64,000 bases of DNA from assembly GCA_030141605.1 (NCBI GenBank), contig JAQGDQ010000910.1:17238-81237 (forward strand), given 5' to 3'. Below are positions 36,663-49,648 of the stretch, piece by piece. The notes under the pieces were generated by a model. That model did no database searches, had not been told where the DNA came from, and saw only the letters and a list, made by a program, of their open reading frames with translations. Each line of letters starts with the position of its first letter. The first letter of the stretch is position 1. The translations under genes were made by a program, and so were the position numbers. The DNA is from Tubiluchus corallicola. Taxonomy: Eukaryota > Animalia > Priapulida.

Positions 36663-37077
36663 TGGAAATTACACGATTCAAATCACAATTGCGCGTTTAA
36701 TAATCAACACGATTTAAGAGATAAAGTTTATTATCTTTTGGAATGAAAATTTTCGATTAAATCAGTGTAAGATGGTGATAATGTACGCAAATTGGCCTAC
36801 GAATCATCGCTACTGTCATACAGCGGTTAAATAAAACTTCTTTTCTCATCGTTTTATATTAAACGTCTTAATTTTCACTTAAATTGTTTTCACACGACTT
36901 TCGATATAAAAGTTTGGTGAAATGTGTGTACAGCAGCAGCAGTAGCAATGACAACAACAACAACTACAAAAGCAGCAACAAAAATAACAAGACATAATTA
37001 GAATAATTAACCTCATCATAACGCCCCTACTCCACCAACCTCGGTTAATGCAAGACAAAACAAAATGTGTATATATT

Positions 37078-37398
37078 TTTTTATTTATTATTATTATCAC
37101 ATTCAGTACAATATAATGACATTAAGCACACAGTAACATCAAAATTATTACATCTACTGTATTAAATTCTTATGTTTCATACACAATCGTTATCATAAAA
37201 GAATAATTGTACTGCAGTGGGCTAGAGAAGCAAAGGCTTGTATAAGCCCACTGTCATGTGAACCCGATAAAAAAGAATAGATGAGTGAACAAAAAAGAAC
37301 TGGGAGAAAGATTAGATCACACAGGAAGGGTAGAAGGATGTGTTAGTGGAAATGGTAGGAAGAAAGATAGTAGATTGCGCTATGTTGACATCAGCTCT
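37078..37398 (-). mobile_element. LINE-like 3' end, same family as 10430-10873
   Basis: Reverse complement nearly identical to ~10550-10860. Confidence 0.65.
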
Positions 37399-38115
37399 AT
37401 TGACATTTGCATACACATCAATAATTAGGTGAATTGTGCCAAACTTGCTTAACGCCTGTTTTTTTGCAGTTCTGTGGTTGGCGATGTACGAAGAGGTCTG
37501 TATACGCTACTGTTTTATGCAATCTTAAAATAGGTTACAGTTTTGGAAGTTTCTCAAATATACGACACATTGAAAAATTCTGGTAACATTTTCCTTGAAA
37601 AGCAAATTTGTATAAATTCGTTAAAACAATAGGATAATAATAACGCAATGCTATTAGGAACAATGTTACAGTTTCGAAATTAGAACACAATGAAGTTACG
37701 AACAATGGATATTGACGTATTCGAAACAAAAACATGTACGATTCTAACGTAAATGAAAACAATGATTGTTTGATAAAACATGACGAGGCCAATGTACGTG
37801 ATGTGTTCACGTTATTTAGGCTTATTGCTACTGCGCAAGAAGAAGAAGAAGAAAAGAACAATGTTGGGTATACCATCGATGTTTTATCAAAGTTTATGGC
37901 AAATCATGGAAAATAAGTTATGATATCGACAATCCAGCTGGAACATGGAAATGCTGGAATGAATTTTCACAGTAATGTTTTGAGCACGTTGGTGTCTGCT
38001 TGTATTCTTTTCATTGTCCAATCCCAGGTGAGGATCATCCGCTCGGAAGTGGTACATCGCAAACCCCCCAAAGCGTGCCATCGGACCCTCCAACACCAAC
38101 ATTTTCTGTACGATT

Positions 38116-38575
38116 TGGATTGTGGTATGTTAGAAGCTATGGATTTTGGTATTGGATTGTGGTATGTTGGAAGCTATGGATTTTGGTATTGGGTTGTGGT
38201 AATCTTAGATGCAGTGGAGTTTGGTATTGGATTGTGGTATGTTAGAAGCTATGGAGTTTGGTATTGGATTGTGGTAATTTTAGATGCTATGGATTTTGGT
38301 ATTGGATTGTGGTATGTTACATGCAATGGAGTTTGGTATTGGATTGTGGTATGTTAGAAGCTATGGATTTTGGTATTGGATTGTGGTATGTTGGAAGCTA
38401 TGGATTTTGGTATTGGATTGTGGTAATCTTAGATGCAGTGGAGTTTGGTATTGGATTGTGGTATGTTAGAAGCTATGGATTTTGGTATTGGATTGTCGTA
38501 ATTTTAGATGCTATGGATTTTGGTACTGGATTGTGGTAATCTTAGATGCTATGGATTTGGTATTGGATTGTGATA
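38116..38575. repeat. 37-bp minisatellite, ~12 copies
   Basis: Unit GGATTGTGGTATGTTAGAAGCTATGGATTTTGGTATT. Confidence 0.93.
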
Positions 38576-39371
38576 ACTTTTCATAAATCTTCTTTTAAAC
38601 TTTTCATTCTTATTGTTCCCAAGCAAGATCCTGCTAGTAAATCACTCTATGCACAGACTAATGCTTAATAAAGTAAAGTTTACGTAAAACAACTGAACTT
38701 GCTAAATTGATGCGGTGTACAGCTTTGCTTTACCCATATGTCACGTTGTTGTCAAGACGCATGGCTGTGGTACACTTAACCTTTGACCTACTGCAACTGC
38801 GACACGTTGCTGCGTGGTACACTTAACCTTTGACCTACAGCAACTGCGACACATTACTATTTGGTACACTTAACCTTTGACCTACAATAACTGCGCATGC
38901 GCATAAAAAACTGAAAAGCTTACTGCTGATTAAGTTGTTCGCAGTGTTTATTTGGTAGCCCTATAATATATCGTAATATGTGATATTATATTAGCAATAA
39001 TCATTGTTTCTTTAGTTTTGAAAACCGCTGCAGCTGTATTAATGTATCCCCCCATAAATTCATATTAACAGCAGCACCACAATTTTTTTACAATTTTCAC
39101 TAATCTGAGAAGGGTAGCTGGCTCGATGACCAATTGGTCTTTCACTACCCTTTCTCCTGCACCCCCTTAACTCTTTCCCTTATGCTTAATTTATCCTTTT
39201 TAATCAATAACTAAAAAATAATAGTCAATTTGTATACAGGTGTAAATGAGGAGATAAATAAAAACGTCTAATTGTCTCTAAAATGTCTCTAAAATGTATT
39301 AATTTCTTTCTTTTGATAACAGTGAGTGAAATATTGTTAATAAAACAATGATCACGCCATCTGGAGCTGTA

Positions 39372-41405
39372 TTAATTTCTTTCTTTTGATAACAAGGAGT
39401 GAAATATTGTTAATAAAACAATGATCACGCATAGCAACAATGCGCTAAAAACTGCGAGAAAAACAAATCCAAACGGTGGATTTCGTTTGGCTCGTTGGGC
39501 GTGTGCAAGTCCCGCGAAGCGAGGGAAATTTCCTTTGTTTTCCAGGGTGACACGTGCCACGGCATAACAACAACGTTCCACGCTGTAGGCGCCATGTTGA
39601 TTGACGCAAGCTCTGATTCCGACCACCATGTTGACTTCCGGTACCGCTTTTAGTGCAATTTCTCCTTGATCGTTGATGTACAAGATGTCTTTATAACTGA
39701 GAATCGAGTAATTCAATGCTAGTGAGATATTTTTTGGATGAACGGCTTTAACAGCACCTACAGTTGAACCAATCTCTCCTTTGGTCGTCATCAAGTATAC
39801 CTCCTGCAGAAACCGAGGATTCCTCGTCTTTGTTCTCTTCACAGAAACATTAATCTCTGTCTGTCCTTGTAGATTTCTATAATGTCTAAAGGCTTTTAAC
39901 GTAATTTTATACGAATCTTTGCTATTCGCGTCCAGTGATTGTGCAATAACAAAATCAAGATACGATCTGTGATAAGATTTGAGGTGAACACAGCCAGAGT
40001 TGACAGTTTGGAAATTTTGCACCGGAGTACCCGATTCTGTTTCTAGAACGTAGGACATGCTGACCCTCGTGTACCAATATTTAATAGGTACTGTCAGTAA
40101 TGCTGTACCAACTGGTTCATTTTCGTAAACATTTACGGAATACGACTTCTTCTCGAAGTCTAGTATATCTTGTCGTACTTTTATCGATAACAGAGCTCTG
40201 TCGTAATGTTCACGATTCTCGTGTTCTGTAGCTTGTATGAGGACGTAATAGTTGGCACTTCGTGGAAGGGACTGAGCAACAGTTATCTCACCGTTGACTT
40301 CGTCTATCTCAAACTTACCATCGGTTTGATCTGGAAAAGCAAAACTATAATATATGACGGTTCCCAGCTCCTCCAGGTCGCGGGCTGATATGGGACCTGG
40401 GTCAATTTCCAGGAGTTCTCCCACTGACGTTTCGCCAACCACGTCTGCTTTGTAAACGCCGGACACCGCCGGTCTTTTGAACGCAGGATTTTCGTTATTT
40501 ATGTCTCTGACTATAACTTCAAGTGTAGTATGGATGTATTGCTCTGGCGACACGGTTTCGTAATAAATGAATCGATGAATCACGAGGTTTATCTCATGGT
40601 ATGTCAATTTTCTATGGAACATCTTTTTCTTTACGTAGATATCGTAATGTGTTCTCGTTTGTCCATCTTTTTGTTCAAAATATTCATCCAAACTGCATGT
40701 TATGTGCAGAGGTGGTGGAAAGCGAGGTTCCAGGCACACTTTAAACTCAGTTGCATACGTGAATGAATCCTTATCAGCTACTTCAAATGAAAACACTTTC
40801 GTTCCAACCAAAGTGCCTTCGTCTATTTCCAGAGGTGGGTAGGGTGACCCAACAAAAGTGGGCAGGAACATATCGACAGGGTGAATCCGGATCTTGAGAG
40901 TGATCAGATGAGCCTCGTTGGGATCGTATCTCGTACCTCTTCGTATTCGGGCACAGCATGCAAATTCAATTATCGCACTAGGTGCGCGATTATCCAGCTC
41001 TTCACTTCTATACTTTGCAAAATACTTGCCCACAGATAGTGCCAATCTCAACTTTTGGTTTCTGTTCTCAAATTCATAATCTCGACCAAAACGATACTTG
41101 GGCCAGGTGAACAATTGCCAATCCATGCGACTGTCGGCCACCTCGTGGCGGTAAATGTAAGCAATTTTGTTAAACAGGGGATCAGCGACGATACCAGTTT
41201 TTATCTTATCACCAGGTTGTAGTTTTTCACTAATATCTATGCTATAATAGTAATGATTGTATCTTCCATCTTGTATATAGCAAGCTCTTGGCGGTTTGCC
41301 AAAGATGTCCTTTGCTAGATTTTCTTGAAGTTTACTGATACAAATAGCAAAAAGATAGATGTAATGGCTAATGGCTTTCTTCTCAAAATGTTGTGTCACC
41401 TCCAT
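39372..41405 (-). CDS. Cadherin-domain single-pass membrane protein, 677 aa, uninterrupted ORF, very short cytoplasmic tail
   Basis: Cadherin-repeat hallmarks (PVDMFLPTF, VADKD, VRDINNENPAF, FEIDEVNGEITVAQSL, YSVNVYENEPVGT, NPRF); hydrophobic N-terminal segment; C-terminal TM FGFVFLAVFSALLLCVIIVLLTIF. Confidence 0.8.
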   Translation of the reverse strand: MEVTQHFEKKAISHYIYLFAICISKLQENLAKDIFGKPPRACYIQDGRYNHYYYSIDISEKLQPGDKIKTGIVADPLFNKIAYIYRHEVADSRMDWQLFTWPKYRFGRDYEFENRNQKLRLALSVGKYFAKYRSEELDNRAPSAIIEFACCARIRRGTRYDPNEAHLITLKIRIHPVDMFLPTFVGSPYPPLEIDEGTLVGTKVFSFEVADKDSFTYATEFKVCLEPRFPPPLHITCSLDEYFEQKDGQTRTHYDIYVKKKMFHRKLTYHEINLVIHRFIYYETVSPEQYIHTTLEVIVRDINNENPAFKRPAVSGVYKADVVGETSVGELLEIDPGPISARDLEELGTVIYYSFAFPDQTDGKFEIDEVNGEITVAQSLPRSANYYVLIQATEHENREHYDRALLSIKVRQDILDFEKKSYSVNVYENEPVGTALLTVPIKYWYTRVSMSYVLETESGTPVQNFQTVNSGCVHLKSYHRSYLDFVIAQSLDANSKDSYKITLKAFRHYRNLQGQTEINVSVKRTKTRNPRFLQEVYLMTTKGEIGSTVGAVKAVHPKNISLALNYSILSYKDILYINDQGEIALKAVPEVNMVVGIRACVNQHGAYSVERCCYAVARVTLENKGNFPRFAGLAHAQRAKRNPPFGFVFLAVFSALLLCVIIVLLTIFHSLLSKERN

Positions 41406-41559
41406 GATGTTTCGTTATCTGTTCGTATGTTTCCATGGAAACAAAAGTCGTTCCTATGGAAGCATCTCAAGTAAAGTATATCTAACTGATTCAAATGAGT
41501 AACTTATATTTGTTGCTGCAACTTTTGTTGCTACTGATGCAGTTGCTGCTATCCTTTCA

Positions 41560-42680
<1,121 letters not shown>

Positions 42681-43309
42681 TTTGATTAACCTCAGTAGAC
42701 TAAATTGGTTCATACAACGTTAGCGGAAACTGGCTGAAATTCTGAATTACTGGACATAGCGTCCAGTGGTCTGGTAGTCAAGTAATAGGCCTACTGCTTA
42801 CTGATACACTAAAGGTTTTAATATGCACAGAGGAACAGCTAAAAGTATAATCACGTTAGTAAGCTATGTAAAAGCAATTTCAACTAAAGACTTGGTAAAG
42901 TACTTCTGGTTAATGACAGATATGACGTCATTTTATTAAAATATCATTCATAATCCTGTTCTTCAATTCAATGTTCATGTATTATTCATTGTTATTTATA
43001 GACAACTTCAACAAGTTTTAACGTGGTTTATTAACAACTATTTATAGCCCCTTCGCTTTAAATTCTGTAGATCCGTAGTTATTTATTACCTTTTAGAATA
43101 ATTTTTTTTGGTTTGTCCTATTTTTGGCTAAAGTTTACAATTCTCCACTACACAAGAAATTAGTTCGTGTATATGGATTAGTGATTAAGGTTACGGATTA
43201 GGATTAGGGTTAGGATTAGGCTATAGTGATATAGGGTTACGGGTTGGGTTAGGTTAGGGTTAGAGTATTTAAATTGTGTGGCGAATTGCATAACCCCTTC
43301 CCTATTTTT

Positions 43310-43745
43310 TTGTATATTCATTGTTATTTATAACCCCTACTATATTTTTCTGTTTATTCATTGTTATTTATAGCCCTTCCCTATTTTTCTGTTTATTCAT
43401 TGTTATTTATAACCCCTTTCCCTAATTTTCTGTTAATTCATTGTTATTTATAGCCCCTTCCCTAATTTTCTGTTTATTCATTGTTGCTGATAACCCCTTC
43501 CCTAATTTTCTGTTTATTCATTGTTATTTATAACCCCTTCCTATTTTTCTGTTTATTCATTGTTATTTATAACCCCTTCCCTAATTTTCTGTTTATTCAT
43601 TGTTATTTATAACCCCTTCCCTAATTTTCTGTTTATTCATTGTTATTTATAACCCCTTCCCTAATTTTTTTTTTTTTTTTTATTTTTTTTTTTTATTTTT
43701 TTTTTTTATTTTTATTTATAATTTTCTGTTTATTCATTGTTACTT
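43310..43745. repeat. ~41-bp AT-rich minisatellite
   Basis: Unit TTTTCTGTTTATTCATTGTTATTTATAACCCCTTCCCTAA. Confidence 0.9.
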
Positions 43746-43932
43746 ATTTTTTATTCATATAATCATAATTATATTCTTGATAGATAGTCTGACTGACTGA
43801 CTGACTGACTGATTGAATTTATTTATGATATTTGAAGCTGATGTTTCATTTCACAGGATGCTTTAAAACTATAACAAAATTACAAGTGAATTCTAATAAA
43901 CGCATGATATAATTTTAAAAAATTTAATTTAA

Positions 43933-46219
43933 ATAAAAGAACAAGCCGTTCAGTACGTTGGGTTTATTTTACTGTTATCACTTAAACTGCCTGTGGTGTG
44001 TTAGAGGAAATAATAAATCACTCCGTCTGTTGGGTTTATTTTACTGTTATCACTTAAAGTGTTTGTGGTGTGTTAGAGGAAAGAACAAGTCGCTCAGTAC
44101 GTTGGGTTTATTTTACTGTTATCACTTAAACTGTTTGTGGTGTGCTAAAAGAAAGAACAAGTCGTTCAGTACGTTGGTTTTTTTTTACTGTTATCACTTA
44201 AACTGTTTGTGGTGTGGTAGAGGAAAGAACAAGTCGCTCAGTACGTTGGGTTTATTTTACTGTTATCACTTAAACTGTTTGTGGTGTGCTAAAGGAAAGA
44301 ACAAGTCACTCAGTACGTTGGGTTTATTTTACTGTTATCAGTTAAACTGTTTGTGGTGTGCTAGAGGAAAGAACAAGTCACTCAGTACGTTTGGTTTATT
44401 TTACTGTTATCACTTAAACTGTTTGTGGTGTGCCAGAGGAAAGAACAAGTCACTCAGTACGTTGGGTTTATTTTACTGTTATCACTTAAACTGTTTGTGG
44501 TGTGCTAAAGGAAAGAACAAGTCACTCAGTACGTTGGGTTTATTTTACTGTTATCACTTAAACTGTTTGTGGTGTGCTAAAGGAAAGAACAAGTCACTCA
44601 GTACGTTGGGTTTATTTTACTGTTATCACTTAAACTGTTTGTGGTGTGCTAAAGGAAGGAACAAGTCACTCAGTACGTTGGGTTTATTTTACTGTTATCA
44701 CTAAAACTGTTTGTGGTGTGCTAAAGGAAAGAACAAGTCGCTCAGTATGCTGGGTTTATTTTACTGTTATCACTTAAACTGTTTGTGGTGTGCTAGAGGA
44801 AAGAACAAGTCGCTCAGTACGTTGGGTTTATTTTACTGTTATCACTTAAACTGTTTGTGGTGTGCTAAAGGAAAGAACAAGTCACTCAGTACGTTGGGTT
44901 TATTTTACTGTTATCAGTTAAACTGCTTGTGGTGTGCTAGAGGAAAGAACAAGTCACTCAGTACGTTTGGTTTATTTTACTGTTATCACTTAAACTGTTT
45001 GTGGTGTGCCAGAGGAAAGAACAAGTCACTCAGTACGTTGGGTTTATGTTACTGTTATCACTTAAACTGTTTGTGGTGTGCTAGAGGAAAGAACAAGTCA
45101 CTCAGTACGTTGGGTTTATTTTACTGTTATCACTTAAACTGTTTGTGATGTGCTAGAGGAAAGAACAAGTCACTCAGTACGTTGGGTTTATTTTACTATT
45201 ATCACTTAAACTGTTTGTGGTGTGCTAGAGGAAGAACAAATCACACAGTACGTTGGGTTTATTTAACTGTTATCACTTAAACTGTTTGTGGTGTGCTAAA
45301 GGAAAGAACAGGTCACTCAGTACGTTGGGCATATTTTACTGTTATCACTTAAACGGTTTGTGGTGTGCTAGAGGAAAGAACAAGTCACTCAGTACGTTGG
45401 GTTTATTTTACTGTTATCACTTAAACTGTTTGTGGTGTGCTGGAGGAAAGAACAAGTCACTCCATATGTTGGGTTTATTTTACTGTTATCACTTAAACTG
45501 TTTGTGGTGTGCTAGAGGAAAGAACAAGTCACTCAGTACGTTGGGCATATTTTACTGTTATCACTTAAACTGTTTGTGGTGTGCTAGAGGAAAGAACAAG
45601 TCACTCAGTACGTTGGGTTTATTTTACTGTTATCACTTAAACTGTTTGTGGTGTGCTAGAGGAAAGAACAAATCACACAGTATGTTGGGTTTATTTTACT
45701 GTCATCACTTAAACTGTTTGTGGTGTGCTAAAGGAAAGAACAAGTCACTCAGTATGTTGGGTTTATTTTACTGTCATCACTTAAACTGTTTGTGGTGTGC
45801 TAAAGGAAAGAACAAGTCACTCAGTATGTTGGGTTTATTTTACTGTCATCACTTAAACTGTTTGTGGTGTGCTAGAGGAAAGAACAAGTCACTCAGTATG
45901 TTGGGTTTGTTTTACTGTTATCACTTAAACTGTTTGTGGTGTGCTAAAGGAAAGAACAAGTCGCTCAGTACGTTGGGCTTATTTTACTGTTATCACTTAA
46001 ACTGTTTGTGGTGTGCTAAAGGAAAGAACAAATCACACAGTATGTTGGGCTTATTTTACTGTTATCACTTAAACTGTTTGTGGTGTGCTAAAGGAGTGAA
46101 CAAATTACACAGTATGTTGGGTTTATTTTACTGTTATCACTTAAACTGTTTGTGGTGTGCTAAAGGAAAGAACAAGTCGCTCAGTACGTTGGGCTTATTT
46201 TGCTGTTATCACTTAAACT
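43933..46219. repeat. 72-bp satellite, ~32 copies, at the left end of a second family C element
   Basis: Same unit as 34405-34895; starts after TTAA; sequence after the array (~46280-46390) resembles ~34930-35015. Confidence 0.95.
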
Positions 46220-46896
46220 CGGAAAAATATAACAAAGGACTTTGCAAAGAACCATCTGTAAAGCATATCTATTGAAAATTATGACGTAACTGGGAGACTT
46301 CGTGACTTTCCGTTTGCGCATCGTAACTTTCCGTAAGTGCGCGCTGCTTAAACCAATTCAAACTTGTGCCGCTTACCGAAATGTTCACGTAAAATTAGCT
46401 GCCCAACTTTTTTCATCTCTGACTAGGCAATTTTTTTGTAGTTTGAAAACTTTCGTTAATTGCTTTGTTAATGTGGAACTAGTAATTAATAATTAACAGT
46501 CATTAATCTCTAGACGAATTTTGTACCCTCTCACTCTTACGCCTGGAGTTACGATTGCCCCCTACGCCCTCTATCGCCCACTCCTTGCTACGCCTCAGAG
46601 AATGACAAAGCTGTTCAGAGGAACTAGGCATCCAGCATAGGGTCAATGGCTCCCAGTGTTATTAAATCTTATCAAAGACGTATCTATATTTGAGAAGATT
46701 ACTCACGCTCTTTATTTACCAAACAAGTTTTGTGAACCAGCATGAATGAAACTGCGAGGTTCTTGTTGAAAAACGCGAAAATGGAATGGATTTTTAGGTG
46801 TTTGTCGATAGCTGGATTTCTGCGGTTAGCTGGGTTGTTCGTAAAATACGGCAGATTTGCAGGTTGTGATAATAATTCATAGTTATTCTGTTTTAA

Positions 46897-47141
46897 TGTA
46901 ATTCCCTTTCCCGTGGTGTTGTGTTGAATAAGAAGATTTTTTCGAGCATATGCTTCGTTTGACATTGCAATATTATTTTTCATTTTCGAAGAGAAAGTTA
47001 CAAACTGCAACACAAAGTTAACAATGTTTTCAGTTTGTAACTTTCTCTTCGAAAATCATGAATATTATTGCAATGTCAAACGAAGCTTTTTCTCGATAAA
47101 ATCTTCTTATTCAACACAACACCATGGGAAAATGAATTACA
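46897..47141. repeat. Imperfect long palindrome (~115-bp arms)
   Basis: TTTTCGAAGAGAAAGTTACAAACTG pairs with CAGTTTGTAACTTTCTCTTCGAAAA; GTGTTGTGTTGAATAAGAAGATTTT pairs with AAAATCTTCTTATTCAACACAACAC. Confidence 0.9.
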
Positions 47142-47183
47142 ATAAATTCTATTGACGTGAATATTCAAGTTAAAAGTTCTTAG

Positions 47184-47220
<37 letters not shown>

Positions 47221-47225
<5 letters not shown>

Positions 47226-49543
47226 GTTCTGTAGAAGCTGTTACAACTCACAGAGTTCTGTAGAGGTTGTTACATCTCACACAGTTCTGTAGACGTTGTT
47301 ACAACTCACAGAGATCTGTAGAAGTTGTTACAACTCACAGAGTTTTGTAGAAGTTGTTACAACTCACAGAGTTTTGTAGAAGTTGTTACAACTCACAGAG
47401 TTTTGTAGAAGTTGTTACATCTCACACAGTTCTGTAGAAGTTGTTACAACTCACAGAGTTCTGTAGAAGCTGTTACAACTCACAGAGTTCTGTAGAAGTT
47501 GTTACAACTCACAGAGTTCTGTAGAAGTTGTTACAACTCACAGAGATCTGTAGAAGTTGTTACAACTCACAAAGTTCTGTAGCAGCTGTTACAAGTCACA
47601 GAGTTCTGTAGAAGTTGTTACATCTCACACAGTTCTGTAGAAGTTGTTACAACTCACAGAGTTCTGTAGAAGCTGTTACAACTCACAGAGTTTTGTAGAA
47701 GTTGTTACAACTCACAGAGTTCTGTAGAAGTTGTTACAACTCACAGAGATCTGTAGAAGTTGTTACAACTCACAGAGTTCTGTAGAAGTTGTTACAACTC
47801 ACAGAGTTTTGTAGAAGTTGTTACATCTCACAGAGTTCTGTAGAAGTTGTTACAACTCACTGAGTTTTGTAGAAGTTGTTACATCTCACACAGTTCTGTA
47901 GAAGTTGTTACAACTCACAGTGTACTGTAGAAGTTGTTACAACTCACAGATATCTACAGAAGTTGCTACAACTCACTGAGTTTTGTAGAAGCTGTTACAA
48001 CTCACTGAGGTTTGTAGAAGTTGTTACATCTCACACAGTTCTGTAGAAGTTGTTACAACTCACAGAGTTTTGTAGAAGTTGTTACATCTCACACAGTTCT
48101 GTAGAAGTTGTTACAACTCACAGAGTTCTGTAGAAGCTGTTACAACTCACAGAGTTTTGTAGAAGCTGTTACAACTCACTGAGTTCTGTAGAAGTTGTTA
48201 CAACGCACAGAGTTTTGTAGAAGTTGTTACATCTCACAGAGTTCTGTAGAAGTTGTTACAACTCACTGAGTTTTGTAGAAGTTGTTACATCTCACACAGT
48301 TCTGTAGAAGTTGTTACAACTCACTGAGTTTTGTAGAAGTTGTTACATCTCACACAGTTCTGTAGAAGTTGTTACAACTCACAGAGTTCTGTAGAAGCTG
48401 TTACAACTCACAGAGTTTTGTAGAAGCTGTAACAACTCACTGAGTTCTGTAGAAGTTGTTACAACTCACAGAGTTTTGTAGAAGTTGTTGCAACTCACAG
48501 AGATCTGTAGAAACTGTTACAACTCACACAGTTCTGTAGAAGTTGTTGCAACTCACAGAGATCTGTAGAAACTGTTGCAACTGACAGAGACCTGTAGAAA
48601 CTGTTACAACTCACACAGTTCTGTAGAAGTTGTTGCAACTCACAGAGATCTGTAGAAACTGTTACAACTCACAGAGTTTTGTAGAAGTTGTTGCAACTCA
48701 CACAGTTCTGTAGAAGTTGTTGCAACTGACAGAGACCTGTAGAAACTGTTACAACTCACACAGTTCTGTAGAAGTTGTTGCAACTCACAGAGATCTGTAG
48801 AAACTGTAACAACTCACACAGTTCTGTAGAAGTTGTTACAACTCACAGAGCTCTGTAGAAGTTGTTACAACTCACAGAGATCTGTAGAAGTTGTTACAAC
48901 TCACAGAGCTCTGTAGAAGTTGTTACAACTCACAGAGTTCTGTAGAAGTTGTTACAACTCACAGAGCTCTGTAGAAGTTGTTACAACTCACAGAGATCTG
49001 TAGAAGTTGTTACAACTCACAGAGTTCTGTAGAAGTTGTTACAACTCACAGAGTTTTGTAGAAGTTGTTGCAACTCACAGAGATCTGTAGAAACTGTTAC
49101 AACTCACACAGTTCTGTAGAAGTTGTTGCAACTCACAGAGACCTGTAGAAACTGTTACAACTCACACAGTTCTGTAGAAGTTGTTGCAACTCACAGAGAT
49201 CTGTAGAAACTGTTACAACTCACACAGTTCTGTAGAAGTTGTTACAACTCACAGAGCTCTGTAGAAGTTGTTACAACTCACAGAGATCTGTAAAAGTTGT
49301 TACAACTCACAGAGCTCTGTAGAAGTTGTTACAACACACAGAGTTCTGTAGAAGTTGTTACAACTCACAGAGCTCTGTAGAAGTTGTTACAACTCACAGA
49401 GATCTGTAGAAGTTGTTACAACTCACAGAGTTCTGTAGAAGTTGTTACAACTCACAGAGTTCTGTAGAAGTTGTTACAACTCACAGAGTTTTGTAGAAGT
49501 TGTTACAACTCTCAGAGTTTTGTAGAAACTGTTACAACTCACA
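47221..49543. repeat. 29-bp satellite, ~80 copies
   Basis: Unit CACAGAGTTCTGTAGAAGTTGTTACAACT. Confidence 0.97.
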
Positions 49544-49648
49544 GATAATCAGGATGTCGCCATCATTGTGTTTAACGATTAGAATAGATTTTTGTTGTAC
49601 ATCTTTTTTTGGAATTTTCCTGTATTTTTTATTTTATTTTTGTTTCAG

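Noticed and set aside
43176-43263. Interstitial telomere (TTAGGG-like)
   Set aside because: Few degenerate units inside short inverted ends (~43131-43293); more like a dispersed repeat
43958-46275. Long Cys-rich ORFs (LGLFYCYHLNCLWCA repeats)
   Set aside because: Translation of a 72-bp satellite whose length is divisible by 3; interrupted by stops and a frameshift, with non-ATG starts
49609-49648. Hydrophobic N-terminus of the sulfotransferase ORF as membrane anchor
   Set aside because: TTG start, and the segment is the T-rich polypyrimidine tract of the acceptor
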